A stretch of 64,000 bases of DNA from an uncultured Nitrososphaerota archaeon (GCA_964617245.1 CAZTWF010000106.1:25811-89810); one strand, 5' to 3'. Positions 10,183 through 19,762 are shown, counted from the stretch's first letter. Numbers and translations: made by a program. Notes: generated by a model not told the origin, from the sequence alone.

Positions 10183-10713
10183 ATGTCAGATAAACAAGAA
10201 AATCCAATGAGAAAAATAAAAATTGGTAAAGTAGTAGTTAATATAGGCTTAGGTGAAGGAGGAGAGAAATTAGAAAAAGCTATGAAAGTTTTAGAAGAAC
10301 TTACAGGACAAAAACCTTGTCCAACAAGAGCTAAAAGGACTATAAGAGATTTTGGTATAAGAAAAGGAGAAAATATTGGTTGTAAAGTTACATTAAGAGG
10401 TAAGAAAATCGAAGATTTTCTAAGAAGAGCTTTAGAAGCAAAGAAAAATACTCTTCCAGAATCTTGTTTTGATAATTATGGAAATGTCTCTTTTGGTATT
10501 CATGAACATATAAGTATTCCAGGAACAAAATATGACCCATCACTTGGTATATTTGGAATGAATATATGTGTTGTATTAGAAAGACCTGGTTATAGAGTTG
10601 CTTTAAGAAAATATAAAAAATCAGAAATTGGTAAAAAACATAGGGTTTCTAAAGAAGAAGCTATTTCATATTTTACTGAAAAACTTAATGTAAATGTTGT
10701 AAGAGGGAGATAG
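10183..10713 (+). CDS. rpl5: 50S ribosomal protein uL5
   Basis: NPMRKIKIGKVVVNIG, FGIRKGENIG, YDPSLGIFG. Confidence 0.98.
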   Translation: MSDKQENPMRKIKIGKVVVNIGLGEGGEKLEKAMKVLEELTGQKPCPTRAKRTIRDFGIRKGENIGCKVTLRGKKIEDFLRRALEAKKNTLPESCFDNYGNVSFGIHEHISIPGTKYDPSLGIFGMNICVVLERPGYRVALRKYKKSEIGKKHRVSKEEAISYFTEKLNVNVVRGR

Positions 10714-10716
10714 TAA

Positions 10717-10866
10717 ATGAGTAAAGAAAGTGATAAGAAAGAAGTTAGAGTATGTAGACGTTGTGGATCAAAAGGAGGAGCACTTGTAAGAAAATATGGA
10801 TTACAAGTATGTCGTCAATGTTTTAGAGAAATTGCCAGAGCTTTAGGTTTTAAAAAATATATGTAG
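10717..10866 (+). CDS. rps14: 30S ribosomal protein uS14 (Zn finger; not in ORF track)
   Basis: Manual translation [49 protein letters not shown]. Confidence 0.96.
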   Translation: MSKESDKKEVRVCRRCGSKGGALVRKYGLQVCRQCFREIARALGFKKYM

Positions 10867-10875
10867 GTGATTAAA

Positions 10876-11262
10876 ATGCATGATCCAATAGCATCAGCTC
10901 TTACAACAATTATGAATAATGAAGAAAGAGGAAAGAAAGAATGTATTGTTACACCAGCTCCAAAACTATTAGCTAATGTTCTTCGTGTTCTTCAAAAGCA
11001 TGGTTATATTGGTGAATTTGAATATATTGATGATGGAAGATTTGGAAAATTTAGAATTCAATTATTAGGAAAAATAAATAAATGTGGTGTTGTAAAGCCA
11101 AGATTTTCAGTTTCATATAGAGAAATAGAAGAATGGGTGAAAAAATATCTTCCTAGTAAGGATATAGGAATATTAATAATAACAACTCCAAAAGGATTAC
11201 TCACTCATAAAGAAGCTATAGAGAATAGAATAGGTGGTCAACTTTTAGCATATGTATATTAG
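10876..11262 (+). CDS. rps8: 30S ribosomal protein uS8
   Basis: [33 protein letters not shown]. Confidence 0.98.
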   Translation: MHDPIASALTTIMNNEERGKKECIVTPAPKLLANVLRVLQKHGYIGEFEYIDDGRFGKFRIQLLGKINKCGVVKPRFSVSYREIEEWVKKYLPSKDIGILIITTPKGLLTHKEAIENRIGGQLLAYVY

Positions 11263-11272
11263 GTGATATTAC

Positions 11273-11794
11273 ATGGCTGAAGAATCAATAGCCATTCCTA
11301 ATGATATTGAAGTTTCACTAAATGGTAGTATAATTACTATGTCTGGTCCTAAAGGTACTCTAACAAAGGATTTTTCACATACAGGTGTAAAAATAACTAA
11401 AACAGAAGATAAAATAATAGTAAGAATGGAAGGTAAAGGAAGAAAACCAAAAACTATGGTTAGTACAGTATCAGCACATATAAGAAATATGATAAAAGGT
11501 GTTAAAGAAGGTCATGTTTATAAGATGAAGATAGTTTATGCTCATTTTCCAATAAATATTAAAATTATTGGAAATGAAATATATATAGAAAACTTTATGG
11601 GTGAAAGATCAAAAAGAATTGCTAAAATTATTGGAGATACTAAAGTAAAAGTGAGTGGTGATGAAATTATTATAGAGGGAATAGATAAGGAAGCAGTAGG
11701 TCAAACTGCAGCAAATATTCATTTAGTTACTCATATAAAAGATAGAGATCCAAGAGTATTTCAAGATGGTATATATATTGTAGAGAAGAGATGA
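11273..11794 (+). CDS. rpl6: 50S ribosomal protein uL6
   Basis: YAHFPI, IENFMGER, DPRVFQDGIYI. Confidence 0.98.
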   Translation: MAEESIAIPNDIEVSLNGSIITMSGPKGTLTKDFSHTGVKITKTEDKIIVRMEGKGRKPKTMVSTVSAHIRNMIKGVKEGHVYKMKIVYAHFPINIKIIGNEIYIENFMGERSKRIAKIIGDTKVKVSGDEIIIEGIDKEAVGQTAANIHLVTHIKDRDPRVFQDGIYIVEKR

Positions 11795-12219
11795 TGATTA
11801 TGAAGTTGAATAATAAAATATCAAAAGCTTTAGAATTGAGAGAAGAGATTAATAGAAAAAGACCTGATTTTATTAGACAAGATGCTCATAGATTTAAACG
11901 ATTAGGTGAAAAATGGAGAGCACCAAGAGGTCCAAGATCAAAATTACGTTTAAAGAAAAAAGGAAAATCTGCTATAGTTGAATCAGGATATAGAGGACCT
12001 TGTTTAGTTAGAGGTTTTCATCCATGTGGTGGTAAAGAGGTAATAGTTCATAATTTAAAAGAATTAGAAGGTTTAGATCCATCAATTCATGTTGTTAGAA
12101 TAGCAGCTAATGTTGGAAAAAAGAAGAGATTAGAAATTATTAAGAAAGCTCTTTCTCTTAATTTGAATATTGTAAATATCAGATCAGAGGAAAAGAAGCT
12201 ATTACAAGGTGGTAGTTAA
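11791..12219 (+). CDS. rpl32e: 50S ribosomal protein eL32
   Basis: RPDFIRQD, KWRAPRG, GYRGP..VRGFHP. Confidence 0.96.
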   Translation: MMIMKLNNKISKALELREEINRKRPDFIRQDAHRFKRLGEKWRAPRGPRSKLRLKKKGKSAIVESGYRGPCLVRGFHPCGGKEVIVHNLKELEGLDPSIHVVRIAANVGKKKRLEIIKKALSLNLNIVNIRSEEKKLLQGGS

Positions 12220-12653
12220 TGAACTTAAAGGTTCAAAAAAAGATTGCTGCAAAGATTTTAGGTATTGGAATAAATAGAGTTTGGATAGATCCTGATAAAT
12301 TAGATGAAGTAAGTAGTGCAATCACAAGAGAAGAAATTAGAAAATTAATTGAAAAAGATATAATAAAAGCAAAACCAGAAAAAGGAACAAGTCGTGGAAG
12401 AGCTAGAAAAATACATAAACAAAAAAGAAAAGGATTGAGAAAAGGTCCTGGAAGTAGAAAAGGAGCTGTTAAAGTAGATGATTGGGTTGATAGAGTTAGA
12501 TCTATGAGACGCTTTTTAAGATTATTGAAAAAAAGAAAAATAATTACACAAAAAGTATATCGTATGCTTTATATGAAAGTAAAAGGAGGAGTATTTCACG
12601 ATAAAAGACAACTAAAAGCTTATATAGAAGAACATAATCTTGCAAGGAGATAA
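12219..12653 (+). CDS. rpl19e: 50S ribosomal protein eL19
   Basis: QKKIAAKILG, RVWIDP, GTSRGRAR, GPGSRKG. Confidence 0.97.
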   Translation: MNLKVQKKIAAKILGIGINRVWIDPDKLDEVSSAITREEIRKLIEKDIIKAKPEKGTSRGRARKIHKQKRKGLRKGPGSRKGAVKVDDWVDRVRSMRRFLRLLKKRKIITQKVYRMLYMKVKGGVFHDKRQLKAYIEEHNLARR

Positions 12654-12655
12654 AT

Positions 12656-13246
12656 ATGGCACATGGTCCAACTTATAAAGTACCATTTAGAAGAAGAAGA
12701 GAAGGAAAAACTGATTATAGAGTTAGAAAGAAGTTAGTAATGAGTAAAAAGCCAAGATTAGTTATAAGAAAATCATTAAAACATTTACATCTTCAATTAA
12801 TTGAAGTAAAAGTTAATGGAGATATAGTTTTAGCACAAGCTAATACAAAAGAGTTATCCAAATATGGATGGAAGGGAGGAACTGGTAATCTTCCTGCTGC
12901 TTATTTAGCAGGTTTATTACTTGGAAAAAGAGCTCTAAGTAAGGGTATTAAAAATGCTATATTAGATTTAGGAAGATATTCTATAACAAAGGGTAGTAGA
13001 CTATTTGCTGCTCTTAAAGGAGCATTAGATGCAGGAATGGATATTCCTCATAATGAAGAAATTTTACCTGATGAAGAGCATATAAAAGGAGTTCATATTG
13101 CAAAATATGCAATGCTTTTACAAAAAGAAAATCCTTCTAAATACCAAGCTCATTTCTCTAATTATATTAAGATGAATTTACCACCTGAGAAAATTGTAGA
13201 ACATTTTGAAGAAATAAAGAATAAAATAATTGAGGAGGTAGCATAA
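12656..13246 (+). CDS. rpl18: 50S ribosomal protein uL18
   Basis: YKVPFRRRREGKTDY, NLPAAYLAGLL. Confidence 0.98.
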   Translation: MAHGPTYKVPFRRRREGKTDYRVRKKLVMSKKPRLVIRKSLKHLHLQLIEVKVNGDIVLAQANTKELSKYGWKGGTGNLPAAYLAGLLLGKRALSKGIKNAILDLGRYSITKGSRLFAALKGALDAGMDIPHNEEILPDEEHIKGVHIAKYAMLLQKENPSKYQAHFSNYIKMNLPPEKIVEHFEEIKNKIIEEVA

Positions 13247-13247
13247 T

Positions 13248-13853
13248 ATGACATATCAACAAGGACTATGGACTCCAAGAACAACTCTTGGAAAACTTGT
13301 ATTAGAGGGAAAAATCACAAGCTTAAAAGAAATTTTTGAACGAAACATACCAATAAAAGAACCTGAGATTGTTGATATTCTACTACCTGAAATAAAACAT
13401 GAAATACTTGATGTTAATATAGTTCAAAAACAAACAGATGCTGGTGAAATTACAAGATTTAAAATAGGTGTTGTGATTGGAAATTCTGATGGCTATATAG
13501 GTATTGGAACTGGAAAATCAAAACAAATGAGATTTGCTATAGATAAAGCAATTGCAGATGCTAAGTTAAATATAATCCCTGTAAAACGAGGTTGTGGACA
13601 CTGGAGATGCCCATGTGGCACATCTCATAGTGTACCATTTACTGTAAGTGGTAAGAAAGGAAGTGTTCGTGTTACTATATATCCTGCTCCTAAGGGTGTA
13701 GGTATAATAGCAGGAGAAATTCCTAAAAAGATATTAAGTTTTGCTGGAATAAAAGATGCTTGGGTAGTATCAAGAGGCGAGACAAGAACTACAATGAATT
13801 TTGCCTTAGCAACTTATGAGGCTTTGAGAAATACATATAAATTTAAAATATAA
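13248..13853 (+). CDS. rps5: 30S ribosomal protein uS5
   Basis: WTPRTTLG, VQKQTDAGE, RGETRTTMNFA. Confidence 0.98.
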   Translation: MTYQQGLWTPRTTLGKLVLEGKITSLKEIFERNIPIKEPEIVDILLPEIKHEILDVNIVQKQTDAGEITRFKIGVVIGNSDGYIGIGTGKSKQMRFAIDKAIADAKLNIIPVKRGCGHWRCPCGTSHSVPFTVSGKKGSVRVTIYPAPKGVGIIAGEIPKKILSFAGIKDAWVVSRGETRTTMNFALATYEALRNTYKFKI

Positions 13854-13865
13854 TGAGGTGAGTTT

Positions 13866-14315
13866 ATGTATTTAGCTATACGTATAAGAGGAAGAGTTGG
13901 TATTCATCCTGATATAGAGGAAACACTTAAACGACTTAATCTTCATAGGAAATTTAATGCTAGCTTATTACCAGAAACACCATCAATAATTGGAATGTTA
14001 AAAAAAGTATCTGATTATATTACTTGGGGTGAAATTACTAAGGAAAATTTAATATTATTATTAAAGAAAAGAGGAAGACTTAAAGGAGACAAAAGAATAA
14101 CTGAAGAAAATTTAAATTTATTAAAAGCTTCTAATTTTGAAGAACTTGCAGAGCTTATATTAAAAGGAAATTTTCCATCATTACTTAAAAAAACATTTAG
14201 ACTTACTCCACCAAGTGGTGGATTTAAAGGTAGTACAAAAAAACATGTAAATGAGGGAGGAGAATTAGGATATAGGGGAATAGCAATAAATGACCTCCTC
14301 CTAAAAATGATATGA
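13866..14315 (+). CDS. rpl30: 50S ribosomal protein uL30
   Basis: IRIRG, DYITWGE, FRLTPPSGGF, GELGYRG. Confidence 0.97.
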   Translation: MYLAIRIRGRVGIHPDIEETLKRLNLHRKFNASLLPETPSIIGMLKKVSDYITWGEITKENLILLLKKRGRLKGDKRITEENLNLLKASNFEELAELILKGNFPSLLKKTFRLTPPSGGFKGSTKKHVNEGGELGYRGIAINDLLLKMI

Positions 14316-14343
14316 TAAATCATATCAAATTGGAGGGATAATA

Positions 14344-14769
14344 ATGGTAGTAAGAAGAGAAAAGAAAGTTAGAAAACAACGTGGATCAAGAACATATGGC
14401 TGGGGTACTGTAGGCCAGCATAGAAAATCTGGAACAAGAGGAGGATTTGGAAATGCAGGTTTACATAAACATAAATGGTCTTGGACTGTAAAATATGGAA
14501 AAGATCATTTTGGAAAATATGGTTTTGTAAATCCAACATCAAAAATTATTAGATGGATAAATATAGGCTCATTAGTTTCATTAATTAAAGGAAAAGAATT
14601 AGAAAAAGATGAAAAAGGAAGAATTATCATAGACCTAAATAAAATGGGGTATGATAAACTTTTAGGTAGTGGAAAAATTGATATTCCATTATTAGTTAAA
14701 GTAAAACAAGCCTCTGAGATCGCAAAAGAGAAAATCATTAGTAAGGGTGGCGAAGTCATAATTACTTAG
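14344..14769 (+). CDS. rpl15: 50S ribosomal protein uL15
   Basis: RGSRTYGWG, GGFGNAG, FGKYGF, YDKLLGSG. Confidence 0.97.
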   Translation: MVVRREKKVRKQRGSRTYGWGTVGQHRKSGTRGGFGNAGLHKHKWSWTVKYGKDHFGKYGFVNPTSKIIRWINIGSLVSLIKGKELEKDEKGRIIIDLNKMGYDKLLGSGKIDIPLLVKVKQASEIAKEKIISKGGEVIIT

Positions 14770-14782
14770 GGTCGTATAAATT

Positions 14783-16207
14783 ATGACCCGTTTCTTAGAC
14801 TTAATAGAACCTGTTCTGAGATTTATTCCCGAGGTTCCTAAACCTCAGCGTAAACTAGATTTAAAATATAGATTATTATGGACTGGATTAGTTTTAGCTT
14901 TATATCTAATAATGTGTGAAATTCCACTTTATGGAATTCCTATACGTACAGGTGAATATGAACAATTTTTAATCTACAGAATAATTTTTGCATCTAAAAA
15001 AGGCTCTTTAATGGATCTTGGTATTGGCCCAATAGTTACTGCTGGTTTGATCATGCAAATTCTTGCAGGCTCAAAACTAATAAATGTTGATCTTAGTAAA
15101 CCAAGAGATAGAGCTCTATTTACTGGCACTCAAAAATTTTTAGCAATAATAATGACAATATTTGAAGCTACTGCATTTCTAATAGGTGGTAGTTATGGAA
15201 GATTAGACCTATTACTCTCTGTTTTTGTAATTACCCAATTGACTATAGTTGGTATTCTTGTGATTTTATTAGATGAATTAATTCAAAAAGGATGGGGAAT
15301 AGGAAGTGGTGTTAGTTTATTTATTCTTGCAGGCGTCTCACAACAAATATTATGGTTATCATTTTCACCAATAGGACCTGTAGCTGATGGAAAATCATTA
15401 GGTGCAATAGTAGCATTCTTCCAAACAATAATTAGTGGAGAAGAAATTCTTAAAGTATTTTTAAGATATCCATATCCTGATATGGTTGGATTTATTACTA
15501 TGATAATAATATTATTAATTGCAGTATACTTAGAGGGAATGAAAATTGAAATTCCTATAGCTCATCCAAAATATGGTGGATTACGTGCAAAAATACCCTT
15601 AAAATTTATGTACGTTTCTAATATTCCTATAATATTGACTTCTGCTTTATTTGCTAACTTTTATATGTTTGGACAATTAATCTGGCAAAACTTCAATTTT
15701 TTAAATAATAATCCATGGGTTAATTGGTTTGTGATGTTCAACTCTACAACCACTGGTTTACAACCATTACCTGGTTGTTTTGTTTATTATATTACATCTC
15801 CAAGAAGTTTAATTAATGTTATACACGATCCTTTACATGCTGTAATATATGTAATAATACTTGTATTTTTCTCTACTATATTTGCAAAGATCTGGGTTGA
15901 AGTATCTGGTATGAGTGCTCAAGCACAAGCTCAACAACTTGTAAGTGCAGGACTACAAATACCAGGATTTAGAAGATCTCCAGTAGTAATTGAGCAAATG
16001 TTAAATCGATATATTCCTCCTCTTACTATTATGAGTGGAATAATGATTGGTTTATTAGCTGGAATTGCTGATATGCTTGGTGCGATAGGTACTGGAATTG
16101 GTATATTATTATCAGTGGGTATAGTGTATCAATATTATCAATTCCTTGCTAGAGAACATATTGAGGAAATATATCCTGGTATAAGTAAAGTATTAGGAAG
16201 AGAGTAG
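14783..16207 (+). CDS. secY: Preprotein translocase subunit SecY
   Basis: GSLMDLGIGPIVTAG, GWGIGSGVSLFI, YVSNIPIIL, multiple TM segments. Confidence 0.98.
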   Translation: MTRFLDLIEPVLRFIPEVPKPQRKLDLKYRLLWTGLVLALYLIMCEIPLYGIPIRTGEYEQFLIYRIIFASKKGSLMDLGIGPIVTAGLIMQILAGSKLINVDLSKPRDRALFTGTQKFLAIIMTIFEATAFLIGGSYGRLDLLLSVFVITQLTIVGILVILLDELIQKGWGIGSGVSLFILAGVSQQILWLSFSPIGPVADGKSLGAIVAFFQTIISGEEILKVFLRYPYPDMVGFITMIIILLIAVYLEGMKIEIPIAHPKYGGLRAKIPLKFMYVSNIPIILTSALFANFYMFGQLIWQNFNFLNNNPWVNWFVMFNSTTTGLQPLPGCFVYYITSPRSLINVIHDPLHAVIYVIILVFFSTIFAKIWVEVSGMSAQAQAQQLVSAGLQIPGFRRSPVVIEQMLNRYIPPLTIMSGIMIGLLAGIADMLGAIGTGIGILLSVGIVYQYYQFLAREHIEEIYPGISKVLGRE

Positions 16208-16214
16208 ATATATT

Positions 16215-16796
16215 ATGAAGAAAGGAAAACTTATAATAGTAATAGGCGTACCTGGGGTAGGCAAGACTACTGTAATAAATTCAGCTTTAGAATATTGTAA
16301 AGAAAATAAAATTGAAGTAAAGTATATTAACTATGGAGATTTAATGTTTGAAGAAGCTAAAAAAATAGTTAATAATAGAGATGAAATAAGAAAACTTCCT
16401 ATAGAGAAACAAAAATTACTTCAATTAAATGCAGCTAATAGAATAGTAGAAATTACTAAAGAAAAGAATGTATTACTAGATACTCATATGTTTATAAGAA
16501 CAGAAAATGGATATATGTCAGGAATTCCTATATGGGTTGCTGAAAAATTAATGCCTGACTCTATAGTTTTAATAGAAGCAAGTCCAGAGGAAATTTCAAA
16601 GCGTAGAAAAAAAGATTCAAGTATAAGAATTAGAGAAGAAGATACACCTGAGAAAATAAATGAACATCAATTAATGGGAAGAGCTGGTGCTGCTTCTTTG
16701 GCAATACTTACAGGTTGTACTATTTTAATTCTTGAGAATAAAGAAGGATATTATAAAGAAGTAGGTAAGACAATAGCCTCATTATTTATGAGGTGA
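16215..16796 (+). CDS. adkA: Archaeal adenylate kinase
   Basis: GVPGVGKTT, NRDEIRKL, LDTH. Confidence 0.95.
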   Translation: MKKGKLIIVIGVPGVGKTTVINSALEYCKENKIEVKYINYGDLMFEEAKKIVNNRDEIRKLPIEKQKLLQLNAANRIVEITKEKNVLLDTHMFIRTENGYMSGIPIWVAEKLMPDSIVLIEASPEEISKRRKKDSSIRIREEDTPEKINEHQLMGRAGAASLAILTGCTILILENKEGYYKEVGKTIASLFMR

Positions 16797-16800
16797 AAAA

Positions 16801-17331
16801 ATGGTTTTAGAATCTTTATTAGAATTTTATGATTCTATTGTTACTACTCTTTCATTTATATTAGGTCCTGCAAAGGATTTTCCACTTTCATCTTTAACCA
16901 TCTTATTAATATCTATTATGATGCTCTTAATTTCTTCAACTATAACTCGTAAATTTACTGATGTAGAGAAAACAAGAAGAATTATGACACAAGTAAGAGA
17001 ATGGCAAAGTGCTTATATGAAGGCTGTTAGAGAAAAAGATAATAAACAAATTGAAAAATTAAAAAAGAAAGAAGTTACTATTAAAAAACTTCAAGCTGAA
17101 ATGATGAGAGAACAATTCAAACCATTACCATTTACTTTAATTCCATTTATGATTATTTTCTATCTATTCCTAGGTGTATTTGGTTATAATCAAGTAATAG
17201 TAGCTAAATCACCAATAACAATACCTTTCCTAGGTAATGAATTTACATTTTGGATTTGGTATCTTATTACAACTTTTGCATTTTCACCATTAATTCAAAG
17301 ATTATTTAATTTACCTTCAGTACAAGATTAG
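16801..17331 (+). CDS. DUF106/EMC3-TMCO1 family (Oxa1 superfamily) membrane protein
   Basis: TM, coiled coil, then two TMs; WIWY motif; position after adk. Confidence 0.85.
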   Translation: MVLESLLEFYDSIVTTLSFILGPAKDFPLSSLTILLISIMMLLISSTITRKFTDVEKTRRIMTQVREWQSAYMKAVREKDNKQIEKLKKKEVTIKKLQAEMMREQFKPLPFTLIPFMIIFYLFLGVFGYNQVIVAKSPITIPFLGNEFTFWIWYLITTFAFSPLIQRLFNLPSVQD

Positions 17332-17341
17332 GTGTTTTATA

Positions 17342-17896
17342 TTGAAGATAAAGAATTTAATTATAACAATAGGTGGTCCACCAGGATCTGGCAAATCTTA
17401 TTGTGCAACTCAATTAGCTAGTATTTATAAAATTCCACATTATTCTATTGGTAAAATATTTAGAGATATGGCTCGAGAACGTAATATGACAATTGAGGAA
17501 TTTTCAAAATTAGCTGAAAAAGATTATACAATAGATATAGAATTAGATAAAAGAACTATGGAATTAGCAAAAAGTGGTGGATGTATTATAGAAGGAAGAT
17601 TAGTCTCCTTTTTCTTGAGATCTTTTCCAAATATACTAAGTTTTTATCTTACAGCATCATTTGAAGAAAGAGTAAAAAGAATTGCTTTAAGAGAAGGTAT
17701 TAGTATTGAAGAAGCTGAAAAAAAGACTAGAATAAGAGAAGAAAGTGAAAAAATGAGATATAAAGTAATTTATAATATTGATGTAGATGATTTGTCAGTT
17801 TATGATTTTGTAATAAATACATCAAAATGGAATAAAGAAAAAATAGTTCTCTTATTAAAACAGATAATAGATTTATATTTAGGGGAAGACGATTGA
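17342..17896 (+). CDS. cmk: Cytidylate kinase
   Basis: ITIGGPPGSGKS, GKIFRDMA, IEGRL. Confidence 0.93.
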   Translation: MKIKNLIITIGGPPGSGKSYCATQLASIYKIPHYSIGKIFRDMARERNMTIEEFSKLAEKDYTIDIELDKRTMELAKSGGCIIEGRLVSFFLRSFPNILSFYLTASFEERVKRIALREGISIEEAEKKTRIREESEKMRYKVIYNIDVDDLSVYDFVINTSKWNKEKIVLLLKQIIDLYLGEDD

Positions 17897-18855
17897 GTGG
17901 AGAACTTTTAATAAAAGATGAAGAGAAAACAAATCCAAATTTTGGATGGAAACCTAGAGAACGTCCTATAAAAGAATATATTGAAACAGGTGTAATAAAT
18001 CTAGATAAACCTCCAGGTCCTACTAGTCATGAAGTAGTAGCTTGGGTTAAACGTATGCTCTCTATAGATAGAGCAGGTCATGGTGGCACTCTTGATCCTA
18101 AAGTAACTGGAGTTTTACCAATAACACTAGGAAGAGCAACACGACTTATTTCATTTATTATGAAATCAGGAAAAGAATATGTTACTATTGTAGAATTACA
18201 TGAAGATATTAGTGAAGAAAGATTAAGAGAGGTTATTAGTGAATTTATTGGTCCAATTTATCAAATACCTCCTATAAGATCTTCTGTGAAAAGAGCTTTA
18301 AGAATTAGAACTATAAACTCAATAAAAATTTTAGAAAAAATTGGAAAATTTGTTTTAATGAGAGTAGATTGTGAAGCTGGTACTTATATAAGAAAACTCT
18401 GTCATGATATAGGTGAAGTTCTTGGTTGTGGGGCTCATATGAAGGAACTTCGTAGAGTAAGAGCTGGACCATTTAGAGAAGAAACCTCTATTACTCTTTA
18501 TACCCTTCTAGATGCTATAACATTATGGAAGGAATATAATAATGAAAGTCTAATAAGAAAAGTTATTATACCAATTGAAGAAGCTATTATAGATTTTCCT
18601 AAGATATATGTAAGAGATTCTGCTATTGATGCTCTATGTCATGGTGCAAATTTAGCAGCACCTGGTGTATTACGTTTAAGTAAAGGAATAAAGCCAGGAG
18701 ATATTGTTTGTGTTATGAGCTTAAAAGATGAACTTGTAGGAATTGGAAAAGCTTTAAAATCTAGTGAAGAAATTTTAGAATTAGAACATGGTATTATTGT
18801 AGATATGGAAAGAATAATAATGGAACCAGGTTTATATCCAAAAGGTTGGGAATAA
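17893..18855 (+). CDS. cbf5: H/ACA pseudouridine synthase Cbf5 (no intron)
   Basis: LDKPPGPTSHEV, continuous GHGGTLDPKVTG, C-terminal PUA domain. Confidence 0.97.
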   Translation: MSGELLIKDEEKTNPNFGWKPRERPIKEYIETGVINLDKPPGPTSHEVVAWVKRMLSIDRAGHGGTLDPKVTGVLPITLGRATRLISFIMKSGKEYVTIVELHEDISEERLREVISEFIGPIYQIPPIRSSVKRALRIRTINSIKILEKIGKFVLMRVDCEAGTYIRKLCHDIGEVLGCGAHMKELRRVRAGPFREETSITLYTLLDAITLWKEYNNESLIRKVIIPIEEAIIDFPKIYVRDSAIDALCHGANLAAPGVLRLSKGIKPGDIVCVMSLKDELVGIGKALKSSEEILELEHGIIVDMERIIMEPGLYPKGWE

Positions 18856-19460
18856 TGAATACTATTCATTATTTTACAAAACAACCTACTAAACATAAAT
18901 ATAAAATTAGTTTCGAATTAGCAGGTACTACTATCAATTTATTAAGTAGTAATGGAGTATTCTCTAAAAAACATATTGATACTGGTACAAAAGTCTTAAT
19001 TGAAAGCATAGTAGAAAAAATTTCAATTCATGAAAATGCAGAAATTTTAGATTTAGGATGTGGATATGGTATTATAGGAATTACAATTGCTAAATTAAAT
19101 CCAAAAGCTAAAGTAACAATGGTTGATATAAATCCATTAGCCATAAAACTTACTAATGAAAATATTAAATTAAATCTAGTAGAAAATGCTATAGTCATAA
19201 GAAGTCATTTATATTCTCAGCTTGAAAATAAAAAATTTGATTTTATTATCTCAAATCCTCCTCTAGCTGCTGGTTATAAAGTAATCTTTCCTTTAATAGA
19301 AGGAGCTAAAGATCATCTTAAAGAAAGAGGACGAATTATCATAGTTTTAAGAAAAGGAATAAATACTATTCCAAAAAAGATGAAAGATGTTTTTGGAAAT
19401 GTAGAACTATTATATAAAAGAGCAGGATATAGAGTATTTCAATCAATTAAAACTTCATAA
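18855..19460 (+). CDS. RsmC-like class I SAM methyltransferase
   Basis: GVFS..IDTGT, LDLGCGYG, SNPP. Confidence 0.9.
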   Translation: MNTIHYFTKQPTKHKYKISFELAGTTINLLSSNGVFSKKHIDTGTKVLIESIVEKISIHENAEILDLGCGYGIIGITIAKLNPKAKVTMVDINPLAIKLTNENIKLNLVENAIVIRSHLYSQLENKKFDFIISNPPLAAGYKVIFPLIEGAKDHLKERGRIIIVLRKGINTIPKKMKDVFGNVELLYKRAGYRVFQSIKTS

Positions 19461-19565
19461 AAGTAAATATAAATAATATTATTCAAATCATTTATAATTA
19501 TTATAATTATTTATAGAAAAAAATAATAAATTCTGTAACTTAATCGATAATGAGAATTATCCCCA

Positions 19566-19677
19566 GCCGAGGTCTCCTAGTCTGGTAGGGAGCAGAAAAT
19601 AGCTTAAGCCTGGAGAGATTCCCTGTTAGCCTGTGCCCATTATGGGCTCGGGGGTTCAAATCCCCCCCTCGGCGCCA
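19566..19677 (+). tRNA. tRNA-Ser(GGA) with two 12-nt introns (19596-19607 at 29/30; 19616-19627 at 37/38), encoded CCA
   Basis: Acceptor GCCGAGG/CCTCGGC+GCCA; T arm GGGGG TTCAAAT CCCCC; long variable arm GCCCA TTA TGGGC; after splicing the anticodon arm is CAGGC CTGGAGA GCCTG. Confidence 0.92.
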
Positions 19678-19686
19678 TTTATAGCA

Positions 19687-19700
19687 GAAAGCTTAATATT
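19687..19700 (+). promoter_or_regulatory. Putative BRE/TATA for the uS13 operon
   Basis: GAAAGCTTAATATT in the gap before uS13. Confidence 0.4.
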
Positions 19701-19762
19701 GCGCAATTCTTAAATATTTTTAATTTCTGGTTTTTAATCTTGCTATAGTGGGTAGATAGAAA

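Noticed and set aside
19488..19516. TTATAATTA tandem/palindromic stretch upstream of the tRNA
   Set aside because: Low-complexity AT sequence expected by chance at this composition.
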